From Eubacteriales bacterium (GTDB taxonomy: Bacteria; Bacillota; Clostridia; Oscillospirales; CAG-382): a DNA stretch of 36,261 nucleotides. The notes under the pieces are model-generated. The model ran no database searches. It saw only the letters and a program-made list of their open reading frames with translations, and was not told the DNA's origin. The translations under genes were made by a program, and so were the position numbers. Within the stretch, counting starts at the first letter, position 1; each line of letters opens with the position of its first letter. Where the stretch lies: NCBI GenBank assembly GCA_045636665.1, contig JAZTXY010000087.1, positions 1 to 36,261 of the forward strand, in the 5' to 3' direction. Below, one piece after another: positions 9,874-17,611 of the stretch.

Positions 9874-11760
9874 ATGAATATGAAAAAATCTATTGCGCTG
9901 ATTCTTGTTTTTCTGCTTGTCTTTGCGGCACTTCCTCTTTCGGCTTCGGCGGCAAACGAAACCGAACCGAACGAAAACTATCAAACTGCAACAGTTATCG
10001 CTCTTAATGCCAATATTTACGGCGCGCTTGACAACAGCACCGATGAAGATTGGTATAAGTTTACACTCACCGAAAAGGGTTCGGTGCAAATTTCATTTAA
10101 ACACGAGAATATTAACGAGAGCAATATTCGTTGGGAGATGTATTTATACAGCTCTGATGGCAGCACTCATATCGACGGAGGTAACGGTTTTTGGTCTATC
10201 CCCGGCAACAAGGACGTTACAACCGGTGAAATAGGTCTTGATGCAGGTACCTATTACATAAGAATCAAGCATTGGAACTCGAACTGGGTTGTTTCTTCGA
10301 CCTATACGGTAAGAGCTTCTTTTACGGCTTCGGCGAAATACGAGACAGAAATTAACAATTCTCCTTCAACCGCTGACGAGATTGATAACAATGTTTTCGT
10401 ATATGGCTCAATCAGTTCAGAGGGCGACGAGGATTGGTATAAGTTTACTCTCACCGAAAAAGGATATATCAGCATTTGGTTTGCTCATCCCAAGGCTGAA
10501 GACAATAATACCCGTTGGGAAGTGTACCTTTATCGCGAAGATGCATCGACAAGCGTTGACGGCGGAAAATGCTATTGGGCAATCCCCGGTGACCAAAACG
10601 TGCAAACCGGCGAAATAGGTGTAGAGGCAGGCACATATTACGTAAAAGTTAAGGCGTGGAACGATTCGTGGGTAGTTGATTCTACCTATACGCTCGACGT
10701 ATATTTCACCGCTTCCGACAAATATGAGAGCGAGCAAAACAATACTTATCAAAAAGCCGACACGCTTTCGCTTTTTGGCGAAGCAAACGGCTCGATAAGC
10801 ACGTCCACCGACGTTGACTGGTATAAGGTAACCGTGCCCCAAAATGGCAAATTCCGTCTTTCGTTTACTCATCCGATAGGAATCGAATCTAATTCGCGTT
10901 GGACCGTATACCTTTACCGTAACGACGCATACAGCCAAATTCAAAAGTGGAATATTCCCGAAACTCTCAATCTTAACAATGAAAGCATTGACCTATCTGC
11001 CGGTACCTATTTTATCAAGGTTACCGCGTGGAACGATTCGTGGGTAGTCGATACCACTTATACACTTTCGGCAACTCTCGACCACACCTGCGACGGCGAG
11101 TGGGAAATTGTTGACGAACCGACTTGCGAGAAAACGGGCAGCAAGGAAAAATATTGCGATATTTGCAAAAAGCTTATCGCAAAAGAAACGATTCCGCAGA
11201 ATGAACACTTTTGTGAGGATTGGACGATCGTTACCGAATCGGATTGCAAAAATGAAGGCTTGAAGACCGGTATTTGTGAGTTTTGTGATAAGCCGTTTGA
11301 GAAAAAAATCCCCACAACCGATCACAGCCACAAAACCGTTGTAACTCCTCCTACCTGCACCGAGAAGGGATATACCACCTATACTTGTGAGTGCGGAGAT
11401 ACTTATGTGTCCGATTATATCGTTGAAGACGGACATAAGGACGGCGAATGGGTAGTCGTTAACGAGCCCGAAATCGGAAAACCCGGCAAACGAGAAAAGC
11501 GTTGTTCGGTATGCAACGAGCTTCTTGCACAAGAGGATATCGACGCGCTTGCTCCGACGTATGTAATCGGTGACGTAAATGGCAACGGCGATGTAGAAAA
11601 ATACGACTATATTGCCGTTAAACGCGCGGTTATGGGAACTCTTTCTCTTGATGAAACCCAACAAAAGGCCGCTGACGTAAATGGCGCGAGCGGTGTTGAA
11701 AAGTATGACTATATTTTAATCAAGCGCCATGTTATGGGTACTTTTACAATAGGCAAATAA
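9874..11760 (+). CDS. Secreted non-catalytic repeat protein: 3 PPC/collagen-binding-like domains, Cys/His-rich repeats, C-terminal dockerin
   Basis: Signal peptide ending ASA-A. Three roughly 125-aa repeats (E.E.NN…G…D.DWYKF/VT…AGTYY). PTC..G repeats. Duplicated GDVNGNG..EKYDY / ADVNGASG.EKYDY dockerin loops. Confidence 0.8.
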   Translation: MNMKKSIALILVFLLVFAALPLSASAANETEPNENYQTATVIALNANIYGALDNSTDEDWYKFTLTEKGSVQISFKHENINESNIRWEMYLYSSDGSTHIDGGNGFWSIPGNKDVTTGEIGLDAGTYYIRIKHWNSNWVVSSTYTVRASFTASAKYETEINNSPSTADEIDNNVFVYGSISSEGDEDWYKFTLTEKGYISIWFAHPKAEDNNTRWEVYLYREDASTSVDGGKCYWAIPGDQNVQTGEIGVEAGTYYVKVKAWNDSWVVDSTYTLDVYFTASDKYESEQNNTYQKADTLSLFGEANGSISTSTDVDWYKVTVPQNGKFRLSFTHPIGIESNSRWTVYLYRNDAYSQIQKWNIPETLNLNNESIDLSAGTYFIKVTAWNDSWVVDTTYTLSATLDHTCDGEWEIVDEPTCEKTGSKEKYCDICKKLIAKETIPQNEHFCEDWTIVTESDCKNEGLKTGICEFCDKPFEKKIPTTDHSHKTVVTPPTCTEKGYTTYTCECGDTYVSDYIVEDGHKDGEWVVVNEPEIGKPGKREKRCSVCNELLAQEDIDALAPTYVIGDVNGNGDVEKYDYIAVKRAVMGTLSLDETQQKAADVNGASGVEKYDYILIKRHVMGTFTIGK

Positions 11761-11773
11761 AAAAATAACATAA

Positions 11774-11805
11774 CAAAAGAAGTCCGAATTTGCGGACTTC
11801 TTTTG
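11774..11805. terminator. Bidirectional intrinsic terminator
   Basis: Perfect 13-bp stem CAAAAGAAGTCCG/CGGACTTCTTTTG between convergent genes. Confidence 0.88.
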
Positions 11806-11838
11806 CGTTAGGAGAAACAGAAAGTTTATTTTGGGAAA

Positions 11839-11973
11839 TCATCCGAAGCAGGCGGTAAAAAGCGTGAGTAACGAAATGAACAATGCCGTACCCGTGACGC
11901 CCTTTATAAATCCGTGCACAAAGCCGTCGCGGTCATTGACCGTCTTTTTTGCAACCGTTACGAAATGTTTCAT
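11839..11973 (-). CDS. Small 44-aa hydrophobic protein (not in ORF track)
   Basis: Strong RBS AAGGAGG about 8 nt before ATG. Translates as MKHFVTVAKKTVNDRDGFVHGFIKGVTGTALFISLLTLFTACFG*. Ends just before the 11774-11805 terminator. Confidence 0.72.
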   Translation of the reverse strand: MKHFVTVAKKTVNDRDGFVHGFIKGVTGTALFISLLTLFTACFG

Positions 11974-12146
11974 TTTGTTTTCCTCCTTGTTTTTTGTGTC
12001 GGTTTTTATCTTACGCGTTTATTTTAACGCGACGCGTGTCCGATAATCGGGACAATGGTTGTGAAATTGCAAAATTTTTTCAACATTCGCTTTGCGTATT
12101 TTTAAAGGACATAAGCCTTTGAGAATTGCGAGAATATGATGACCAC

Positions 12147-12182
12147 AAAAAAATACCGCCGTAAATTAATACGACGGTATTT
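12147..12182 (-). terminator. Intrinsic terminator (minus strand)
   Basis: Stem AAATACCGCCGTA/TACGACGGTATTT with a 7-A run on +, which is a U-tail on -. Confidence 0.75.
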
Positions 12183-12208
12183 AGTGACACCTAAAAAAGA
12201 TGTCGGTC

Positions 12209-12365
12209 AAGTGAAGAGCGATTTCGCCGCAAGGCAAAAAGGAGGATTCAAGAAAAGCCCTACGGCGATTTCGTTAAAGTTAATACGATAACTAATCGTG
12301 CAATTCTTAAATTCGTTTTTACTCTTTGCGGAAAAATGCGTTACGTTACGATAACGGCTTCACTT
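12209..12365. repeat. Roughly 157-nt imperfect rod-like inverted repeat (MITE/REP-like element or structured RNA)
   Basis: Nested arms AAGTGAAG/CTTCACTT, CCGCAAGG/CTTTGCGG, AAAAA/TTTTT, GGATTCAAGAA/TTCTTAAATTC and inner CGATT/AATCG. Confidence 0.55.
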
Positions 12366-12392
12366 CATAGAACGCGCTAACGTTCCGTGGAA

Positions 12393-12617
12393 TTACAGGT
12401 CATCGGCATCCTGTACGGGGCGTTTGCCGTCGATGGGTACTCCCGTATAGCTTCCCAACACGTCACTTTTCATTTCGGGTGCCATATTGTTAAGTCCAAA
12501 TAGGTCCGTAACGAGATTTGTCGGGTATCCCGCGCCTAATGCTTGGGGATGAGGATAGTAAAATCTGTCCACATCGTTAATGCCTTTGGGAAACCTGTAT
12601 TTTTTTCGTTTTCCCAT
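12393..12617 (-). CDS. Small hypothetical protein with C-terminal D..GSYTG…PVQDADDL motif (possible spore protein)
   Basis: RBS AGGAG upstream. I recall the C-terminal motif from small clostridial hypothetical proteins. Own terminator downstream. Confidence 0.75.
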   Translation of the reverse strand: MGKRKKYRFPKGINDVDRFYYPHPQALGAGYPTNLVTDLFGLNNMAPEMKSDVLGSYTGVPIDGKRPVQDADDL

Positions 12618-12660
12618 TTGTTTGATGCTCCTGTCTGAACGAATCTCTTTCGTTCAACAC

Positions 12661-12689
12661 TATTATTGCCGTTATATTGTTTTTAATAC
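12661..12689 (-). promoter_or_regulatory. Putative sigma-F/sigma-G-type forespore promoter
   Basis: Minus strand reads GTATT-N14-GGCAATAATA. The -10 matches GGnnAnAnTR; the spacer is 1 nt shorter than the canonical 15. Confidence 0.45.
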
Positions 12690-12700
12690 GCTTTTGCTTG

Positions 12701-12729
12701 TTGACAAAAGTTGGAAAATCAATTAAAAT
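12701..12729 (+). promoter_or_regulatory. Sigma-A promoter for yqgF/ruvX
   Basis: TTGACA (12701-12706), 17 bp, TAAAAT (12724-12729). Confidence 0.8.
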
Positions 12730-12751
12730 AAAACCAATAAAAATTAAGGTT

Positions 12752-13174
12752 GTGAATAACATTAAAATCATAGGAATCGATTACGGCGACGCGCGTGTCG
12801 GCATCGCCGCAAGTGACGGTACGGGTTTTCTCGCTTCCGCGGTATGCACGATAAACGTAAACGGAATGCGTGATGCCTGCAAAAAGGTCGCAGACAAAAT
12901 AAAAGAGCTCGGCGGCACAAAAATTGTGCTTGGACTCCCGAAAAATATGGACGGCACGGAATCCTTCCGCGCCGATAAATCAAAAGCATTCGCCGAAATG
13001 ATTTCCGAGGCGACCAACCTCGAGGTCGTTTTCGTCGACGAGCGCCTTTCCACCGTTGAAGCCTATACTTATATGAATATAACCGACTTCAACGGCAAAA
13101 AACGCCGCCAAGTAATCGACGCTCTTTCGGCACAAATAATTTTACAATCATATCTCGATTCGCAAAGAAGATAA
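12752..13174 (+). CDS. ruvX: YqgF/RuvX family RNase H-like nuclease (pre-16S rRNA nuclease / Holliday junction resolvase-like)
   Basis: Motifs IGIDYGDARVGIA.SD, IVLGLPKNMDG, VDERLST, IDALSAQIILQSYLD. Start placed at GTG 12752 because the ORF-track start lies upstream of the promoter; exact start uncertain. Confidence 0.93.
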   Translation: MNNIKIIGIDYGDARVGIAASDGTGFLASAVCTINVNGMRDACKKVADKIKELGGTKIVLGLPKNMDGTESFRADKSKAFAEMISEATNLEVVFVDERLSTVEAYTYMNITDFNGKKRRQVIDALSAQIILQSYLDSQRR

Positions 13175-13205
13175 CAAAAAAGACGGGCAATACCCGTCTT
13201 TTTGT
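13175..13205. terminator. Bidirectional intrinsic terminator
   Basis: Stem CAAAAAAGACGGG/CCCGTCTTTTTTG. Confidence 0.88.
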
Positions 13206-13247
13206 GTTGTAAGGTAAAGCAATTTTTGATCGGGATGCAACTTAAAA

Positions 13248-15458
13248 TTATACAAACGTATAGTGTTTCTTTCCGAGCAACACACAACCCGATACGCCAA
13301 ACACTTTGTTTTCGGGATGCTTTTTATAATCGATATACGGCGTGCCGCAATGAGGACAATTAAAGGAATTATAATAACGGAAGCATTTCTCTTCGGTTTC
13401 ATAAGTCCAGGTATCCTTGTCGATATTGTATGCTTGAATTTCGCAACAATCCAAACCGTCATCAGAATAGGCTATGTCGCTTTGCGCCATATAGAAAGCA
13501 TATCCTCGGAAGCAGAAGGATTTGCCGCAATCGGGGCAAATACCGATTAAACGAATATTGGAGGGAGTGGTTAAGCCGTGATATTTCAGGCCTTTCATAG
13601 GAAGATCCTGTCCTCTGTTCATATCATAACGCAGCTTGCCTGCTTCGCCTCCACAAGCAAGAAAATGTCCTTCAAAGCGGTAACCGATATCATTCAGTGT
13701 TATCTTACGTTCTTCGGGCGTATCCGAAATAAAACCGTCGATTTGTGCAACAGGTACTGCAGGATTTCCTTGAATGCTAAGTCGGACAGAAATCAAAAAG
13801 TATTTTCCGGTAAAGTCTTCATCGTTCTCTGTTTGCAATACGTATTCCCTTGTTTTTATCCCGTCCTCATAAAGATAAATAGTGGGTTCCTTTTCTTTCA
13901 GCGGGATAACACCGATAAATTCATACATCGGGCTTTGAGGATGGCTTCTTAAGTACGCCACCAAAGCAGCGGAGTCCACATAAATGGCGTTTCCGTTTTC
14001 AACGGTGACAGGCTTGCGTGGTTGAATGGGCTTTGCGAGCTTTAGCTGGTCTGGCGTGCCGAAACTACGGCGAATAAGGGTTTCTATATATGCCGTTGCA
14101 ATTTTTTTGTTTTCTAATGGTAAAATCAATTTTATGATTTGGGTCTGGTTGTAGAAAAATACATTTACGAAACCATGCAAAGATTTACTTTTTCCGAGAA
14201 TAATTGCACAGCTACGTTCTCTTGTCCAGTCCGAGGAATCCTTGCCCGTTTTTTTGCCCTCCAAATAGTTTTGGGTGATATTTGTAAAGTTATCAAAGCC
14301 TCCAACCGATAGTTTAACGGTTGATTTTTCAAGGTCTTGCGTGAATAGGTAGTCAACCGAATTGCGAATATACTCCCACCCGTATCCGCTTGTAAGGCGG
14401 AAAGTGTATACAAACTTGTCGCCGGCATGAATAACCGACATATCTGTGATATAGCTTGTATCATCCAGCATCTTATCGGGAAGGTTTATGTTATATGTGG
14501 GCGTTCCTTTGACAAAGAAGCCTGTTCGCATGAATATAGAGCTAGGAAGGAAAACCATACCAACGCCATAACCTATTATGGAGGGTATAAAAAGAGGTTC
14601 AAACTTAAAAATAGCGGATGCGAAAATCATAACCATACATACTATGGTCAAAACAGAACCCGCCTTGCAAAGAGTATTAAAGAAAACCGAGTGTGACAGC
14701 TTGTTCTGAACAGATGACGCAAGGGAGGTTATAGAGACGTTTTTGTGACCATATATCAAGAGTCCGAGGCCGATGGCACCAAGCACACCGTTAACCACAA
14801 ATCCTCTTGCATCAATAGTATTCTTAATAAGACCGACAGTAATAGATAAAAGGACAAAGGCTAAAAGAATAGATCCGCCGATAATCTTTCCTTTATCAAG
14901 AGTGGAAGATGCTTCGGGGTAAAGCTTTAAAAATTCGCACTTGGCTTGGGCTGTCTTTCCCTTGATTATTTTTGGGTTTACGGGGGAAATATAATTGTTT
15001 AATAGTGTTCGAAGCTCGAGTTCTTCGATCATGATATAGGCCTTTTTTCCGTTTTTTAAACGAATAGTGTACTCTCCAAGATGACCGCCTATACTGTATA
15101 TCCAAGCGAACTGATCGTAAGCTACTACTGAACCGGTTCTTTTGCAGAAAAAAGCCTTTTTTCCACAGTATATTTTAGCTTTCACAAATGTAGGTGTGTT
15201 CAAATCGATATCATCTAAATAGTGCTCATTGCCGCTTTTTTTCAAGATTTTAAAAGTGTGTCCAAACCAAAAAAACTTAACAAAATATGTTATAAAAAAG
15301 GCTATCGACACCCAAAAGCTTAAAAGCGCAAAGGGGGCACCGAGGTCAGGTGCGTGCGAAAAAGGAAAGATGAATAGTAAAGAACAAAAAAGCGAAATGA
15401 TTGCTATGGACAAAAAGACACGACCGATAATCTTTTGCTTTTGAGCATACTTTTGCAT
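13248..15458 (-). CDS. Hypothetical multi-domain membrane protein (about 6 TM helices in pairs; C-terminal Cys-rich soluble domain)
   Basis: 736-aa ORF from ATG 15458 with GGAG RBS. Paired hydrophobic helices in the N-terminal half. CPDCG…CPHCG motifs near the C-terminus. Family not recognised. Confidence 0.75.
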   Translation of the reverse strand: MQKYAQKQKIIGRVFLSIAIISLFCSLLFIFPFSHAPDLGAPFALLSFWVSIAFFITYFVKFFWFGHTFKILKKSGNEHYLDDIDLNTPTFVKAKIYCGKKAFFCKRTGSVVAYDQFAWIYSIGGHLGEYTIRLKNGKKAYIMIEELELRTLLNNYISPVNPKIIKGKTAQAKCEFLKLYPEASSTLDKGKIIGGSILLAFVLLSITVGLIKNTIDARGFVVNGVLGAIGLGLLIYGHKNVSITSLASSVQNKLSHSVFFNTLCKAGSVLTIVCMVMIFASAIFKFEPLFIPSIIGYGVGMVFLPSSIFMRTGFFVKGTPTYNINLPDKMLDDTSYITDMSVIHAGDKFVYTFRLTSGYGWEYIRNSVDYLFTQDLEKSTVKLSVGGFDNFTNITQNYLEGKKTGKDSSDWTRERSCAIILGKSKSLHGFVNVFFYNQTQIIKLILPLENKKIATAYIETLIRRSFGTPDQLKLAKPIQPRKPVTVENGNAIYVDSAALVAYLRSHPQSPMYEFIGVIPLKEKEPTIYLYEDGIKTREYVLQTENDEDFTGKYFLISVRLSIQGNPAVPVAQIDGFISDTPEERKITLNDIGYRFEGHFLACGGEAGKLRYDMNRGQDLPMKGLKYHGLTTPSNIRLIGICPDCGKSFCFRGYAFYMAQSDIAYSDDGLDCCEIQAYNIDKDTWTYETEEKCFRYYNSFNCPHCGTPYIDYKKHPENKVFGVSGCVLLGKKHYTFV

Positions 15459-15507
15459 GAAAAACTCCAAAATTTCAAAACTGTCATTTATAACTTGTTA
15501 TAGTCTT

Positions 15508-15536
15508 ATTGTATCACAGATGAAAAAATATTGCAA
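15508..15536 (-). promoter_or_regulatory. Sigma-A-like promoter for the hypothetical membrane protein
   Basis: Minus strand TTGCAA, 17 bp, TACAAT with TGn extended -10. Confidence 0.6.
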
Positions 15537-15824
15537 CAAATAACGAGAAAACTATTCGATCGGACAACGAAGCTTTCGTTTCTTGATAAAACCAAAACTT
15601 CGCACTGTGAAACTATTTATTCGATTCAGCGTCACTGTGATTTATACATCAAAAAATGGGGGGCGAGTCGTTCAATTTTAACTTTTGCGTGTTTTGCTTC
15701 GAAACGATGAAAAATCTCACTTGCAAAAGCGCCGAAAAACGCTTCCCCGAACCGTTTTTCCCTTGCAAGCCCTTGGTCCCGAGATCGCGACGTGCAAGGC
15801 GGTCGGTTCAATCTTACTAAAACA

Positions 15825-15862
15825 ATAAAAAACAAAGAGTCGCAAGACTCTTTGCTTTTTTA
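15825..15862 (-). terminator. Intrinsic terminator after tRNA-Pro
   Basis: Stem CAAAGAGTC/GACTCTTTG with A/T runs on both sides, directly after CCA. Confidence 0.8.
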
Positions 15863-15939
15863 TGGTCTGAGTGAGAGGATTTGAACCTCCGGCCTCTTGG
15901 TCCCGAACCAAGCGCTCTACCAAACTGAGCCACACCCAG
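15863..15939 (-). tRNA. tRNA-Pro (anticodon CGG)
   Basis: 77-nt cloverleaf CTGGGTG…GCTCAGTTTGGTAGAGC…CTTGG-TT-CGG-GA-CCAAG…GGAGGTTCAAATCCTCT-CACTCAG-A-CCA; CCA is encoded. Confidence 0.97.
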
Positions 15940-16029
15940 ATATTGAAATGTTGATTATTTATGTTGCAAGCTGCCAAGCGCTCTTCCTGTGCCAACAACA
16001 ATTGCCACACCCAGATAAGATGCCCGATT

Positions 16030-16058
16030 ATTATAGCAAAAGCAAAATGGTTTGTCAA
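16030..16058 (-). promoter_or_regulatory. Consensus sigma-A promoter for tRNA-Pro
   Basis: Minus strand TTGACA, 17 bp, TATAAT with TGn extension. Confidence 0.88.
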
Positions 16059-16156
16059 TGCTTTTGCTTGAAAAAACGGGCGGTTATGTTTTTCATATCA
16101 AATAAGCCGAATAATAAAAAACTTTCGGATAACCGCATAAAATTTTCAAAAAGGTA

Positions 16157-16187
16157 TTGACTTGATATTATCAATGTGATATTATCA
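16157..16187 (+). promoter_or_regulatory. NAD operon promoter with overlapping putative NrtR operator
   Basis: TTGACT (16157-16162), 17 bp, TATTAT (16180-16185) with TGn. Two tandem palindromes TGATATTATCA (16163-16173, 16177-16187) overlap the spacer and the -10. Confidence 0.7.
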
Positions 16188-16214
16188 GATTGAAGAAAAC
16201 AACGGGAGGGCAAA

Positions 16215-17054
16215 ATGGGCTTTGAAAAGGAACAACTCACAGAAGAAAAGCTTTTCTTTTCATCATACAGCATGAACGATTACGAAAGGCCGTCGATAGC
16301 GACCGATATTGCGGTGTTTTCGATGTTTGACGAAGAGTCGGACAGTCACCGAAAGGATGCCGAATCGAAGCTTCACGTTTTGCTTATAAAACGCGGCGAG
16401 CATCCGTTTAAAAACAAATGGGCGTTGCCGGGCGGTTTTTTGAAAGCCGATGAAACCGTTGAAGAATGCGCTTTGCGAGAAATCAAGGAAGAAACGAATC
16501 TTGAACCTATTTCTTTATTGCCTATCGGTGTGTTCAGCAAGCCCGACCGCGATCCGCGCGGAAGGATTGTTTCAAACGCATTTGCATCGGTCGTAAATGC
16601 CGAAACCGTTAAAATATCGGGCGGCGGCGATGCAATAATGGCGCAATGGTTTGAGGTGGATTTCAAGAGCTTGGGCGAAAACCGATTTTCAATCGATTTT
16701 ATCAACGGCGACGAAAAAATTCGGGTTGAGCTTTTAGAAACCGAGCGTAAATTCGGTAAAAGCCAATTTGAGATACAAAAGGACACCGGCCTTGCCTTTG
16801 ACCATTCGAAAATAATCGCCACCGCGCTTTTGGTTATGCGAAGCGAAGCGGAACGGTTTGATATAACCTTCGATTTCTTGCCCGAAAAGTTCACGCTTGC
16901 CGCATTGCAAAAAGTGCAGGAAACCTTGTTGAATGATACGCTGTTAACGGCAAACTTCCGAAGAAAAACGGCAAGTCTTGTTGAAGAAACCGACGAATTT
17001 ACCGAGGGCGCAGGGCACAGACCTGCGAGATTATTTAAAAGAAAACCAATATAG
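16215..17054 (+). CDS. nrtR: NrtR-family regulator (Nudix domain + C-terminal wHTH)
   Basis: Motifs LLIKR..HPF…WALPGGF, Nudix box GGF…ET…ALRE..EET, RDPRGR, LAFDH..I, FLPEKFTL..LQ, ANFRRK, G.GHRPARLF. Confidence 0.9.
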   Translation: MGFEKEQLTEEKLFFSSYSMNDYERPSIATDIAVFSMFDEESDSHRKDAESKLHVLLIKRGEHPFKNKWALPGGFLKADETVEECALREIKEETNLEPISLLPIGVFSKPDRDPRGRIVSNAFASVVNAETVKISGGGDAIMAQWFEVDFKSLGENRFSIDFINGDEKIRVELLETERKFGKSQFEIQKDTGLAFDHSKIIATALLVMRSEAERFDITFDFLPEKFTLAALQKVQETLLNDTLLTANFRRKTASLVEETDEFTEGAGHRPARLFKRKPI

Positions 17055-17078
17055 ACTTATTCAAAGGAGAAAAATATT

Positions 17079-17609
17079 ATGAAAAAGCTTTTAATTGTTG
17101 TAGACGTACAAAATGATTTTGTCGACGGCGCGCTCGGTTCAAATGAAGCGGTCGCTATCGTGGATAACGTTGTGAACAAAATCAAAAGCTTCGACGGCGA
17201 CGTTATCGTAACCTACGATACCCACTTTGAAAACTATATGGAAACCCAAGAGGGCAAAAATCTTCCCGTACCGCACTGCATAAAAGGTACTGACGGATGG
17301 CAGCTTAACGAAAAGGTTCAGGCGGCGCTTGACGGAAGGGAATATGCGTCGATTGAAAAGCCGACCTTCGGCTCGACCGAGTTACCCGAGTATATCAAGG
17401 CGAATTTCAACCCTGCCGAGCTTGAAATCGAGCTTATCGGACTTTGCACCGATATTTGCGTTGTGTCCAACGCGCTTTTGTTGAAAGCCAATTTCCTTGA
17501 AGCGAAGGTAAGCGTCGATGCATCCTGCTGTGCAGGTGTGACGGTTGACAGCCATAAAGCCGCGCTTACAACGATGAAGATGTGTCAGGTTAACGTGATT
17601 GGAGAATAA
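17079..17609 (+). CDS. pncA: Nicotinamidase (isochorismatase/cysteine hydrolase family)
   Basis: Motifs VVDVQNDFVDG.LG, TYDTH, PHC..GT.GW, EKPTFGS, GLCTDICV; located in the NAD operon. Confidence 0.85.
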   Translation: MKKLLIVVDVQNDFVDGALGSNEAVAIVDNVVNKIKSFDGDVIVTYDTHFENYMETQEGKNLPVPHCIKGTDGWQLNEKVQAALDGREYASIEKPTFGSTELPEYIKANFNPAELEIELIGLCTDICVVSNALLLKANFLEAKVSVDASCCAGVTVDSHKAALTTMKMCQVNVIGE

Positions 17610-17611
17610 TT

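Noticed and set aside
12677..12751. Longer N-terminus of yqgF/ruvX
   Set aside because: It runs through the TTGACA-17-TAAAAT promoter; family homology starts at KIIGID.
15603..15640. CACTGTGA direct repeat (x2, 30 bp apart)
   Set aside because: Too short and too few copies to distinguish from chance.
13206..15862. Intact integrative element or prophage at tRNA-Pro
   Set aside because: No integrase and no clear distal duplication of the tRNA 3' end. The AAAAAATGGGGGGCGAGT stretch near 15651 resembles it too weakly.
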